A stretch of DNA of 64,000 bases, from assembly GCA_965218695.1 (NCBI GenBank), contig OZ244651.1, positions 2,368,001 to 2,432,000 of the forward strand. The letters are read 5' to 3'. The notes under the pieces are model-generated. The model saw only the letters and a list, made by a program, of their open reading frames with translations. It was not told the DNA's origin and did no database searches. This DNA is from Nitrosopumilus sp. (GTDB lineage: Archaea; Thermoproteota; Nitrososphaeria; Nitrososphaerales; Nitrosopumilaceae). Below, piece by piece: positions 1 through 9,237 of the stretch. The position numbers and the translations under genes were made by a program. Position 1 is the stretch's first letter. The number at the start of each line of letters is the position of its first letter.

Positions 1-630
1 ACGCGAGGACGCGGCAGGATTAATCCTGTTGGTTTCTAAAAAACCTGCACGGCCCCCGGATGATCATTGTGGTGTCCCGTCACGCAGCTACGGCGCACAT
101 CAGGCGGCGGCTTTTGCCTGACCAGGTACCACGGAATGTTGTTTATCAGCCTGACCACCAGCACGTCGGTTTGCGTGACTGCCTGGTATACACGATCAGA
201 TTTCTGCAAATCCGAGGTCAGCCTGGCATTTGCGATTACCCACGTGTTGTACAGGATCAGGGTGTACAGGAAGCAAAGCGCCCGGACCGTCTCGTTCTTG
301 CTGCGGGTTCTCGCCCTTTGCTTTTCTGCCATCCTGTAGCCTGTCTCTATCATCCACCTCCGGGCATAATAATCGACGTTGATCCCCGGCATGTTCGTGG
401 CAAAGGCAATGTATTTCTCCTCCGGCTTTTCGGGACTGCCCGTCTTTTTCTTTCTTTTGCGTTTTGTTATGATCATGGTGTACTCGGCATGATCATGTTT
501 GGATTTTGCTATAGATCATATGAGTAATCGACCACTTTCAACATAACAAAAATACGCCGCAATAGATCCTATGATTAACCCCCCATCACATCGATAAATT
601 TAGATCAGGCACGATCGCGTTTCACATCAA

Positions 631-1899
631 ATGCCAGACTCACCTGATCAGATCATACGCAAGTTAGAACAGGAAAACAAAAAGCTAAAAAAGATTCTAA
701 ATCAGAAAGACAAAAAGCTGGAGCAGAAAGACAAAAAGCTGGAGCAGAAAGACAAAAAGCTGGAGCAGAAAGACGAGGAGCTGAGCCTTGAGCGCAGCCT
801 GTGGAAGCGCAGGGACGGCGCGTTGAGCAAGGATGCCGGCAAGAGTGAAATGCTGCACCGGATCGAGGTTTTTGACGAAATAATCGGCAGCAAGACCAAG
901 ATTTACCGGGCCACGCTAAAAGACAAGGAAAAGTTCCAGTTCATGCTGGTGTATGCCAAGGAATACATGAAGCATTCTGGCCAGATGCCGTTGTTTCGCG
1001 ACGACGATTCCAGAAAGTCCGATCCCGGAAACCGGTGCAAGCTGCACCTGAGGCACGCCCTGCTCATGGCGTTGATGCACAAAAAGGACAACATCACCCA
1101 GGGCGTACTTGGCGCAGTCTTCGGGATAGACCAGGCCGCCGTGTCGCGGTACCTCAAGGTAATCGACGAGATGCTGGAAGGAACGCTTCCCACGGCAAAC
1201 AGTGTGTCAGGGGAGATATCTGCAGCACCCACCAAAGAAGAGTTCAAGAAGATCGTGCCCGGCCCTGACGGGGGCAAGATATTTGCAGACGGCACGCACT
1301 GCCCCGTGCAGCGCCCGTCCGAAAGGACGGTCAGGCGCATGAAATACTCTGGCAAGAAAAAGAAATTCACCAATAACACCAATGTGTACGCCAACGAAAA
1401 CGGGGTGATAATCGGCATATCAAAGAGCACCGTCGGGTCAGTCGGCGACATCACGCTTCTCAAGGAACGCCCCATGCCGTTTGGAAGATGGGAGGAGGTG
1501 ATGCACGACCCGGATCTGCCCGAGGCACAACGGTGCCACGTCTTTGTCGACCGCGGCTACCAGGGGATCGAAAAACACCTGCCCGGCACAATCCCGGAGA
1601 TCCCGTACAAGAAGAGCAAGAAGGCGCCCCTGACGCCGGAGCAAAGGGAGCACAACCACAGGATCCACTCCGAGCGCGTGCTAGTCGAGCACACCATAGG
1701 CAGGCTCAAGCGCTACGCGCGTCTTTCCGACCCGTACGACGGCAACGCGGCGCAGTTCAACCGGGAGTTCAACGTGCTCACCGGGCTGGTGAACCTGGAC
1801 CTCTTGTGGGATTATGTGCAAAAGGGCCCGCCGCCACCGGGCCGGTGGAAGATGCAGGTAGACTGGGACAAAGCCTGCTCCCGGGAACCTGTCAAGTAG
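631..1899 (+). CDS. DDE_Tnp_4-type transposase with HTH and N-terminal coiled coil
   Basis: ADGTHCP, YSGKKK, VDRGYQG and RVLVEHTIGRLK motifs; FGIDQAAVSRY HTH. Confidence 0.9.
   Translation: MPDSPDQIIRKLEQENKKLKKILNQKDKKLEQKDKKLEQKDKKLEQKDEELSLERSLWKRRDGALSKDAGKSEMLHRIEVFDEIIGSKTKIYRATLKDKEKFQFMLVYAKEYMKHSGQMPLFRDDDSRKSDPGNRCKLHLRHALLMALMHKKDNITQGVLGAVFGIDQAAVSRYLKVIDEMLEGTLPTANSVSGEISAAPTKEEFKKIVPGPDGGKIFADGTHCPVQRPSERTVRRMKYSGKKKKFTNNTNVYANENGVIIGISKSTVGSVGDITLLKERPMPFGRWEEVMHDPDLPEAQRCHVFVDRGYQGIEKHLPGTIPEIPYKKSKKAPLTPEQREHNHRIHSERVLVEHTIGRLKRYARLSDPYDGNAAQFNREFNVLTGLVNLDLLWDYVQKGPPPPGRWKMQVDWDKACSREPVK
703..774 (+). repeat. 21-bp tandem repeat encoding QKDKKLE heptads
   Basis: cagaaagacaaaaagctggag x3 plus a partial unit. 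Confidence 0.9.
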
Positions 1900-3119
1900 A
1901 ATTCAGGGCACATCGAGGTGCTACAGGACTGCGCACGCCATCTTGGATTTTGTAATAAATTAATTCGCCACGCACTCGGCATAGTTGGCATTTAGTCGTA
2001 TTTTTCTGATTTTATGGCCCAAACCGGCAAGATGGGAGGGATTACTCATGAGTTCTTATGCGAAATCCCGATACTGCAAGGCGTCTCCCGCATGCAAACT
2101 CTTCGATGGCGCGCGTCACATTGGGAGTGTTGATGCAGGGCATGAGATACCTTATGCCCATTCCGTCAAGGGTCCGGATCACGTCTGTTGAAAAGAACTC
2201 GCGATCAAGCATGGCGATGCCTATTCTGACCTTCTTTTCCAGGCACGAGTCGACGGCCTTGCGCACGAAATCGGCAGTATCAGTCAGGGCAGGCATGGGA
2301 AACGCCCCCAGGGTCAGCTGGATCCTCCGGGTCACGCACTGTACCGTAATGTATCGCTCAAAGAGATGCGTTCCCCTTTTGGCCTTTGATCTTACGAGCT
2401 CTGCGCCGTGTTTGTGGTCCCAGCGCGGTATCAGGTGCATGTCAATGGCAACATTCATCCTCCTGTGGCCAAGCATGCCCAGATCCTCAAGCTGGCTTAC
2501 CTGTGAGGATACCATTTCATTAAATGACTGCATCAGGCTTTTCGAATCAATCCGGGAGCAAATGTCGCGCATCCACTCGCTGCACGGGGAGCGCCTGTGG
2601 GATCTGCCCAGTCCCCGCACGGCAGTCACCATCCTGCGCACGGCCGCAGCGTACCCCCCGATCGATATCCCGAGCACGGCTGCCATTACCATGATTCTGT
2701 GAAAATCATCTGTCCCGTACGCTGCGTTGGGCCTTTTGGAGACTGGAAGGCTTGAATCAAACACGCGGGCCGCATCAGACGTCGTATCTTGGCGAACCCG
2801 GGGGTTGTTTTGCAGGGAGCGCTGCAGGTGGCCTGCCATGTCAGTCACTACAGATACCACCCGGCAGGCACCGTGAAATGCCAATGTGCGTTCAAATGCT
2901 TAAATTCCAATTCCGCAAAGGTATGCTGATGCGTGAGTCTGTCCATGCTGGTACATTGACAGATTTTCACCATCAATTCTTTTAAGCAGCAGACTCCCCG
3001 TATGTTGACAACTGCCTAAGCCTTGTCTGGGTGAGTTTATTTTCATATTTGCTGTAACGTGCCGCAAGACACTCCCAGATCATTGTATCTTAGTCAGGTC
3101 TTACTTCTGCGTTAACTGG

Positions 3120-3341
3120 TCACAGGGATTCCTCTGCCTGCCGCCTGCCAAGCATAAACTCTGCACGCTCAAGCCTTGCCGATTCTGCGACATCCTCTGC
3201 CATGTCGTACAGGTCGTGCAGGCCCACGTCGGCAGTCAGCTCGTCTTTCTGCTCGTCTCTTAATTCCAGCTCGAGGTCTGCAAGAAAGTCCACAGTGTCA
3301 TCAAGCATGTCAAGGCATTTCTTTAGATCCTCGTCGTTCAC
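3120..3341 (-). CDS. small acidic hypothetical protein
   Basis: 73-aa acidic helical ORF, co-oriented downstream of the LLM gene. Confidence 0.6.
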   Translation of the reverse strand: MNDEDLKKCLDMLDDTVDFLADLELELRDEQKDELTADVGLHDLYDMAEDVAESARLERAEFMLGRRQAEESL

Positions 3342-3386
3342 GGTACCATTAATGCAGACAAGAGATAAAATAGGTTTTCTGTTCTG

Positions 3387-4493
3387 TCAGCATCTTGCCT
3401 TTTCACGCAGGGCAGGCATCACGTGGCTTGCAAACTTGTCGATGGAGCCAAAGTAGTTTGAGCCCCAGAACCTGATTACAAAGTGGTTCACGCCTGCATC
3501 CATGAACCTCTCAAACGTCGGGAGGATGTCGTCAGGCGTTCCAACGGCAGTCGAGGAACGTGCAATCGGGTCAGGTATCTTCGTTGCAGCCTCCCTCATC
3601 TTGACTATCCAGTCCTGGTTGGACATGGAGTATTCTGTAAAGTATTTTCTAAAGTCAAATCCTGCAATGTCCTTTATTCCGTGGACCCTCAGAATCTCGG
3701 GCTTGAAGAGGCTTACCTTTACTGCCTCCTTCATCCTTGCCCAGGACGCCTCTGCGTCGTCTGAAAAGTACACGTCGATGTCAAGTGCGTATTCAAAGTT
3801 GCCCCGGTCCTCCTGGGTCCTGTTGTTTTCATCCATGGATTTTCTGATCAGGCCTACGTGATCCTCAAAGAGTTCCGGCGTGTATCCGATGGGCAACCAG
3901 CCGTTGCCAAGCTTTCCTGTAAGGGCAAGCGTTCGTTTGCCGCCGGCTGCCATGTATGTGGGTGGGCGGGGTTTTCGGATTGGCGGTGCCTGCAGGCATG
4001 CGCCCTCTAGATTGTAGTAGGCTCCCTCATAATCGACTGTGTTGTCAGGGGTTGACTCGTACAGTATGTGGATAAGCTCGATCTGTTCTGCCCACTTTGA
4101 GACGGGCTTTTCAAACGGAATGCAAAACTCCTTGAGGTTCTGGGCCTCGCCTGCACCGATTCCGAGGATGGCCCTGCCCTTTGATATCCTGTCAAGCGTG
4201 ATTGCCGCCAGCGCTATGTTGGACGGGTGCCTCCGCAGCGCGTCAGTGACACACGTTCCCAGCTCCACGTTGTTGGTGACGGCTGCAATTGCAGACAGCA
4301 TCACCCAGGGGTCCAGAACGATTGCCCTCTTCCATTGCGGAACGTTGGTGTGGTCCATGTAAAAGATGGAGTCGTACCCGGTCTTGTCGGCAAGCATGCA
4401 TGCAGTCAGGATTTGATCCTCGGTGTAGCCTGCCCGCGCAACATTGAGCCCGTTTTGAATACCAAATTTCAGCTTGTTTCCTGCCAAGTACAA
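3387..4493 (-). CDS. LLM-class (probably F420-dependent) oxidoreductase
   Basis: DPWVMLSAIAAVT, TLDRISKGRAILGIGAG and VGTPDDI luciferase-like motifs. Confidence 0.9.
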   Translation of the reverse strand: MYLAGNKLKFGIQNGLNVARAGYTEDQILTACMLADKTGYDSIFYMDHTNVPQWKRAIVLDPWVMLSAIAAVTNNVELGTCVTDALRRHPSNIALAAITLDRISKGRAILGIGAGEAQNLKEFCIPFEKPVSKWAEQIELIHILYESTPDNTVDYEGAYYNLEGACLQAPPIRKPRPPTYMAAGGKRTLALTGKLGNGWLPIGYTPELFEDHVGLIRKSMDENNRTQEDRGNFEYALDIDVYFSDDAEASWARMKEAVKVSLFKPEILRVHGIKDIAGFDFRKYFTEYSMSNQDWIVKMREAATKIPDPIARSSTAVGTPDDILPTFERFMDAGVNHFVIRFWGSNYFGSIDKFASHVMPALREKARC

Positions 4494-4675
4494 GGGGGTT
4501 TGAGGCGTGAGGATAAATAAGTTTGCTCAGGGACATGATCCAGAATACGTCTCCAATGGCACCAAAAAGCCAGACACGCCGCCCCTGCAAACCGCCAACT
4601 GCCATGCGTTTGGGACAGATCCGTGGCAGTTTGGCAAAAGGACGGGGCAGACTCTTATTTCTAGAGGGGTGGCGC

Positions 4676-5620
4676 CTACAGGTTGCCTGCCTTGATGTCC
4701 TCAAGACAGTTTACGACGATCTCCTTGGATATCGGTATCGGGTTGGGATCCAGATGGCCCTTGTCAGTCATGACAATGTCGGCAGCCTCTGAGACGTCTG
4801 CCTTGAGATCCAGCCTGTCAAAGCCAAGCTTGTCCATGACCTCCTTGAACCGGTCATAAAAGATGGAATTGTTGTATTTGTGGGCAACGGTGGTGCATGA
4901 GGAGAGGGAGTAGCCGTGCGGTACGCCCTCGTTTGAGAATACGTAGGACAGGGCATGTCCAAGCGTAGTGGAGCAGTTGCCAAATCCCATTCCAGAGAGC
5001 ATCGAGCCGTACGGATAGTTTTGGGGTTTGTCGTTCATGATTGCATCGTAGAGTATGTCAAATGCCTGCCTGCACAGGGTTCTGGTAAGATCATTGCCAA
5101 GCTTGCTGTCGTACCCCTCTGTGGCCTGGGCGCATGCATCGCATACGGAGTTTTTGATGATCTGCTCCGGGGTGCCGTTCATAAAATACGAGTCAACCAC
5201 GGCCATATCTGCCAGAAACCTGCTGTCATGCAAAAGCTTCTTCTTGCCGTCAAACTTGAGTACGCAGTAGGTAGTCATCTCTGCCCCCGTTCCGAACGTC
5301 GTGGGAATCAGGATCTTCTGCTTCTTCATCTCGGGTGCGGCATACTTTACCACATCCATGGAGCTGCCTCCGCCAAGCCCTATCAGGACAGACGGATCTC
5401 TATCCTTGAACTGCGAGATGACGGCATTGACGTTGTCAATCGAGGGTTCGGGCGTTACCTGATCATACAGCATGTAGTCCTGGATTCCCATTCTTGCCAG
5501 CCACTTGTCGGAGAGTTCAGGGGGAGCGGTCGTGACTACGAGGGCGTTTTTTGGATATTCGGTCTCAGAAAGCGCATTATCGCCAAAGTTGATTACATTG
5601 GGAACAAGCACAGTATGCAT
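4676..5620 (-). CDS. iron-containing alcohol dehydrogenase; resembles thaumarchaeal malonic semialdehyde reductase (HP/HB cycle)
   Basis: GLGGGSSMD, IPTTFGTGAE and GHALSY...PHG motifs. The specific function is from recollected similarity, not a search. Confidence 0.85.
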   Translation of the reverse strand: MHTVLVPNVINFGDNALSETEYPKNALVVTTAPPELSDKWLARMGIQDYMLYDQVTPEPSIDNVNAVISQFKDRDPSVLIGLGGGSSMDVVKYAAPEMKKQKILIPTTFGTGAEMTTYCVLKFDGKKKLLHDSRFLADMAVVDSYFMNGTPEQIIKNSVCDACAQATEGYDSKLGNDLTRTLCRQAFDILYDAIMNDKPQNYPYGSMLSGMGFGNCSTTLGHALSYVFSNEGVPHGYSLSSCTTVAHKYNNSIFYDRFKEVMDKLGFDRLDLKADVSEAADIVMTDKGHLDPNPIPISKEIVVNCLEDIKAGNL

Positions 5621-5665
5621 GAAACATTGGGATTGCTTATTATTATTATACCTTCCACTTGTGGC

Positions 5666-7018
5666 ATGATTCAGAATAGGGATGATCTTGCAACCTCCAG
5701 GGGAAAGGAGGACTGCCTGAGGATTCTGGAGGCGGGCCTGCAGGCCGCGCAGCCTGAAGGGATCATCCCAAGGTATGCTGGTCCCGGCATAATCAGGGCA
5801 GGCGGGGAGGCAGTCATGACAGGGGACTACTCTGATGTCTACGTGGTTGCGTTTGGCAAGGCGGCTGATGCCATGACCAAGGCGTTTAATGCAATAATTC
5901 CAGTAAAGAGCGGAATCGTGGTGATTCCCAAGGGCTCCAGATCAAGGGTACGCGGCAAAAAGTTTCAAATCTTCAATGCCAGGCATCCCAGACCGGACAA
6001 GACAAGCGTCAAGGCCGCAAAGGAGATCATAAAGTTTCTCCAGAACAGGCGCAGCGACGAGCTGGTGGTCTTTCTTGTGTCAGGCGGGGGATCCTCGCTC
6101 CTTGCCATTCCCGACCGGATTACCCTTGATGACAAGATCCGCGCCACGGACCTGCTCCTCAAGTCGGGCGCGACGATCCAGGAGATCAACTGCGTCAGAA
6201 AGCACCTGTCAAGAATCAAGGGCGGCAGGATGGTGGAGAATCTGCGATGCCACGGAATCGGCCTCATAATGTCAGACGTACAGGATGACGACATCTCGTC
6301 GATCGCATCCGGCATGACGCATCCGGACGAGACCACGCCTGCAGACGCCATGGATGTCCTTGAGAGGTACAGACTCAGGGGAAGGATGCCAGACGAGGTG
6401 CTGCAGGTGCTAGGATGCGGCAGCGGTGGTAGTAGTAGCAGTAGCAGCAGCAGTAGTAGTAGCAGCAGCAGCAGTAGTAGTAGTAGTAGTAGTAGCAGTA
6501 GCAGCAGCAGGAAGCCTGCAGGAGTACCCAAGGGGACTGTGAAAAACCACGTAATTGCAAACAACATGGACTGCCTGAAGGCCATGGAGCGCGCGGCAAG
6601 GAGCATGGGATACGAGACCTCCGTGCTTCAGGCGTTTGGGGATATCAAGGAGGCAGTAAAAGAAATCCTTGAAAGGATTCCTGACAGACCAAAGACGTGC
6701 CTTGTCTTTGGAGGGGAGACGACAGTGAAGGTGCTAGGCAGGGGAACCGGCGGAAGAGCCCAGGAGATCGTCTTGAGGATACTAAAGAACACCCAGGGCA
6801 AAAAGAGGATCGTCATCTCGTCGATCGGGACAGACGGCATAGACGGAAACTCGCCTTATGCAGGAGCCATCATCGAAAACATCAGGACAGACACGGACGT
6901 TATCAAGGGGTATCTCAAAAACAGCGACTCTGGGGGGTTCTTGCAAAGGAACAACGGATGCATAATGACAGGCATCACCCACACAAACCTTATGGATGTG
7001 GGGGTTATCCTGTCCTGA
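5666..7018 (+). CDS. glycerate 2-kinase (MOFRL family) with poly-Ser insert
   Basis: FGKAA, SGGGSSL, RKHLSRIKGG, GGETTV, GTDGIDGN and TNLMD motifs; start taken at ATG 5666. Confidence 0.9.
   Translation: MIQNRDDLATSRGKEDCLRILEAGLQAAQPEGIIPRYAGPGIIRAGGEAVMTGDYSDVYVVAFGKAADAMTKAFNAIIPVKSGIVVIPKGSRSRVRGKKFQIFNARHPRPDKTSVKAAKEIIKFLQNRRSDELVVFLVSGGGSSLLAIPDRITLDDKIRATDLLLKSGATIQEINCVRKHLSRIKGGRMVENLRCHGIGLIMSDVQDDDISSIASGMTHPDETTPADAMDVLERYRLRGRMPDEVLQVLGCGSGGSSSSSSSSSSSSSSSSSSSSSSSSSSRKPAGVPKGTVKNHVIANNMDCLKAMERAARSMGYETSVLQAFGDIKEAVKEILERIPDRPKTCLVFGGETTVKVLGRGTGGRAQEIVLRILKNTQGKKRIVISSIGTDGIDGNSPYAGAIIENIRTDTDVIKGYLKNSDSGGFLQRNNGCIMTGITHTNLMDVGVILS
6431..6508 (+). repeat. (AGT/AGC)26 trinucleotide microsatellite encoding poly-Ser
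   Basis: 78 bp of uninterrupted AGY codons. Confidence 0.95.
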
Positions 7019-7105
7019 TGGTCTGCCGCCTCCGCCCCGCAGGAGCGCCACGCTGCAGCCCAAAAAAGAGAGCACTTGAAATAGCACGACTGCGCACATG
7101 TGGTG

Positions 7106-7204
7106 ATGAGTAACAGTACGACGTTGTGCAGCGGGGAGTCCTGCAGTTGCATCTGCCATGCCGAGTCCAGGTTCCGGAGGGGGAACAGGAGGAAGTGTTG
7201 CTAG
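7106..7204 (+). CDS. putative 32-aa Cys-rich microprotein
   Basis: MSNSTTLCSGESCSCICHAESRFRRGNRRKCC*; TATA-like TTGAAATA at 7076-7083; the stop overlaps the start of the next gene. Confidence 0.5.
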   Translation: MSNSTTLCSGESCSCICHAESRFRRGNRRKCC

Positions 7205-7434
7205 AGAAACCGTTCAGGCCGGACATGCTGTACAACAGGGTGGTCCACTACTACATGGACAAGAGGGGATACCCAAAGGAGAAGGCAAACGATATTGCAA
7301 GGAGGGTGGTGCAAAGGGAGGCCGCCCGCCGAATATGCAAGAACAGCAAATGCATGCATTTTTTGCACGATCACGTCAGAAACTCAGAGACATGCCTGGT
7401 TGCAGACTGCAGCTGTGGCAGGTTCACAAGGTGA
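7198..7434 (+). CDS. small Cys/His (Zn-binding?) hypothetical protein
   Basis: CKNSKCMH..HDH...CLVADCSC; TTG start after GGAGG at 7188-7192. Confidence 0.7.
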   Translation: MLEKPFRPDMLYNRVVHYYMDKRGYPKEKANDIARRVVQREAARRICKNSKCMHFLHDHVRNSETCLVADCSCGRFTR

Positions 7435-8392
7435 GATCGTCTAGCGTTCCTGCCTTCAGCGCCTTTGCGTCGATTCCCATGCCCCTCAGATGCCCTGCAA
7501 ACTCGTCTACAAACCCGTGAACGGTGTAGACCTTTTCTGCCCCGGACCTTACCACCATCTCCACGAGGTCGCCAAAGTCACAGTGGTCGCTCATGGGCAT
7601 GGAATAGTCTGTCCGCCTTCCAAAAGAGAACCTTGCAGACTTTGCCCACCCGCTGAATCCTATCGTGACTGCCCCGTATCTTGACTTCATGTCCTGGATG
7701 AACCCGTTCTTGCCGGACATCATCGGTGTCACCATCACCCAGGGCTTCTTTTCAAGCAGCCCCCGCCTTTCAGCCTCAGAGTGGCCCATTCCGTCCTTGA
7801 GCGGGATGCCGAACTTCTGGTGCAGCAGGTTCATCTCCCGGACAGAGTCATGAAGGTATAGCGGCTCCCAGTGTCCAAAGAGATCGGTGATGGTCTGGGC
7901 CTTTCCAAGCTGGTACCCCATCAGAATTACGGGTATCCCCTTGCCATACAGTTCGGATATTGTCTGGTTGACCTGCCTTTGAACCTCGTCGACCCTTGGA
8001 AACTCAAACTCCGGCAGCCCGAACGTGCATTCTGTGATTAGCGTTTTGCATCTTGGCACCTTGGCGCCACGAAGAAAGCCGCGGCTCCGGGTGCAGATGT
8101 CCCCGGTGTAAAAGACATCATCATCAAAGAGGACCCCCCTTGAGCCGAGAACGTGCCCGCTGTCGATCATCGAAAAGCCCTCAAGGGAATCCACGTTGTT
8201 CTCCATTACAAACCCCCTGAGACTGGCTATCTGGCTTGTCTCGTCTGAGGCAAGGATGGCCCCGCCGTTCCGGGACGGAAGGTGGTCAGAATGGGCATGG
8301 GAGACAAAATTGATGCCCGAGGGATCGGCAGCCTTTGGATCCAGCAGGATGCGCCTCTGGCCGATGCTGCACAGGATCCCGTTCTTGGTCAT
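7424..8392 (-). CDS. MBL-fold metallo-hydrolase / beta-CASP-type exonuclease
   Basis: SHAHSDH, SGHVLGS, YTGD, ECTFG and SDHCDF motifs. Confidence 0.88.
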   Translation of the reverse strand: MTKNGILCSIGQRRILLDPKAADPSGINFVSHAHSDHLPSRNGGAILASDETSQIASLRGFVMENNVDSLEGFSMIDSGHVLGSRGVLFDDDVFYTGDICTRSRGFLRGAKVPRCKTLITECTFGLPEFEFPRVDEVQRQVNQTISELYGKGIPVILMGYQLGKAQTITDLFGHWEPLYLHDSVREMNLLHQKFGIPLKDGMGHSEAERRGLLEKKPWVMVTPMMSGKNGFIQDMKSRYGAVTIGFSGWAKSARFSFGRRTDYSMPMSDHCDFGDLVEMVVRSGAEKVYTVHGFVDEFAGHLRGMGIDAKALKAGTLDDLTL

Positions 8393-8586
8393 GGCTATCT
8401 GTCCGGACAACGAGGAGGGTGGCAATTGGATTTGATATAAATGACAGGTTTGTGACTCTGACCTGAGGATTTCAGGCACGCAGATCCCGATTTATGGCGA
8501 TGGTTGCGGTGCAGTCTTCGTCCAGGAGTTGTTTTGGGCGTGACTGCCTTGGGCGTCTCGGTAGCAGCAGCAGCAGCAGCAATACG

Positions 8587-8907
8587 TCAGGAATCAGGGC
8601 CGCCGCCAAAAAAGTACAGGACACTGAGATCGGAGGTGTTTCCATGGAAATGGTGCGGCGTGTTCCTTGGTACAAAAAAGATCGCATCCTTTGAGACCTT
8701 GTGGTCCCGGTTCCCGATTCTCAGGAACCCGTCGCCGGAGAGCACCAGGTACACCTCGTCGCTGTCATGCGGTTCCTGTGTGTCTTGCTGTCCGGGTTCG
8801 AGAACCAGAACCCCGGCTGCCAGGCCAGGCCTGCTGATAAAGGTGTAAAAATAAGAGTCGCTGCCTGTCTTCCCGAGGCATTCTGACAGGTCGTATCTGT
8901 ACTTCAA
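8587..8907 (-). CDS. cupin domain protein
   Basis: PHDSDEVYLVLSGDG and FVPRNTPHHF motifs. Confidence 0.85.
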   Translation of the reverse strand: MKYRYDLSECLGKTGSDSYFYTFISRPGLAAGVLVLEPGQQDTQEPHDSDEVYLVLSGDGFLRIGNRDHKVSKDAIFFVPRNTPHHFHGNTSDLSVLYFFGGGPDS

Positions 8908-8908
8908 C

Positions 8909-9199
8909 TCACTTGGCTACCACTACTGAAAACATCTCCCGCACCGGGTCTGAGGTCATAAAGGATCTTCCAACGGGGTGAACCTTTTGGTGTTCTGGGC
9001 TCCCGTGCATGTGGATAAAGGATTCCCTGGTCTCATGCTCCACGATTACACGGTAGGAGTTGTTGTTGCCGGATTTCAAAAGGCGCCGCGAGATGAATCC
9101 GGGAAACTTTGAGAGGGCCTGGTTTGATTCTGAAAACCACGCCTTAAAGTCATCCTCGATGCCATTCCTGAGTTGAATGTCGGCCATCACTACAAACAT
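8909..9199 (-). CDS. antibiotic biosynthesis monooxygenase (ABM) family protein
   Basis: FPGFISRRLL...F..MHGSPEH; start taken at MFVVMAD because the longer ORF runs into the IS66 end. Confidence 0.8.
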   Translation of the reverse strand: MFVVMADIQLRNGIEDDFKAWFSESNQALSKFPGFISRRLLKSGNNNSYRVIVEHETRESFIHMHGSPEHQKVHPVGRSFMTSDPVREMFSVVVAK

Positions 9200-9237
9200 G
9201 GCATGGGTTGTATGATTCAGCTTAATGTGCTTTCGTG

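Larger units (their letters stand above)
513..2056 (+). mobile_element. IS5-family (ISL2/Harbinger-like) element, copy a
   Basis: TIRs AGATCATATGAGTAATC / GATTACTCATGAGTTCT; 3-bp TSD TAT at 510-512 and 2057-2059. Confidence 0.9.
36..2884 (-). pseudogene. ISH3/IS4-like DDE transposase split by an IS5 insertion
   Basis: The 5' part (2884-2057) has AIDMHLIP and LDREFFS; the 3' part (512-36) has YARRWMIETGYR. Removing 513-2059 restores the frame (GFRI-AKSKHDHAEYTMIITK). Element ends not located. Confidence 0.85.

Noticed and set aside
4585-4650. Imperfect hairpin between the Fe-ADH and LLM genes as a riboswitch or terminator
   Set aside because: Weak stem with no recognisable motif or U-tract.
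4955-5665. N-terminal extension of the 687-aa glycerate kinase ORF
   Set aside because: It is the antisense shadow of the Fe-ADH gene; family similarity starts at 5666.
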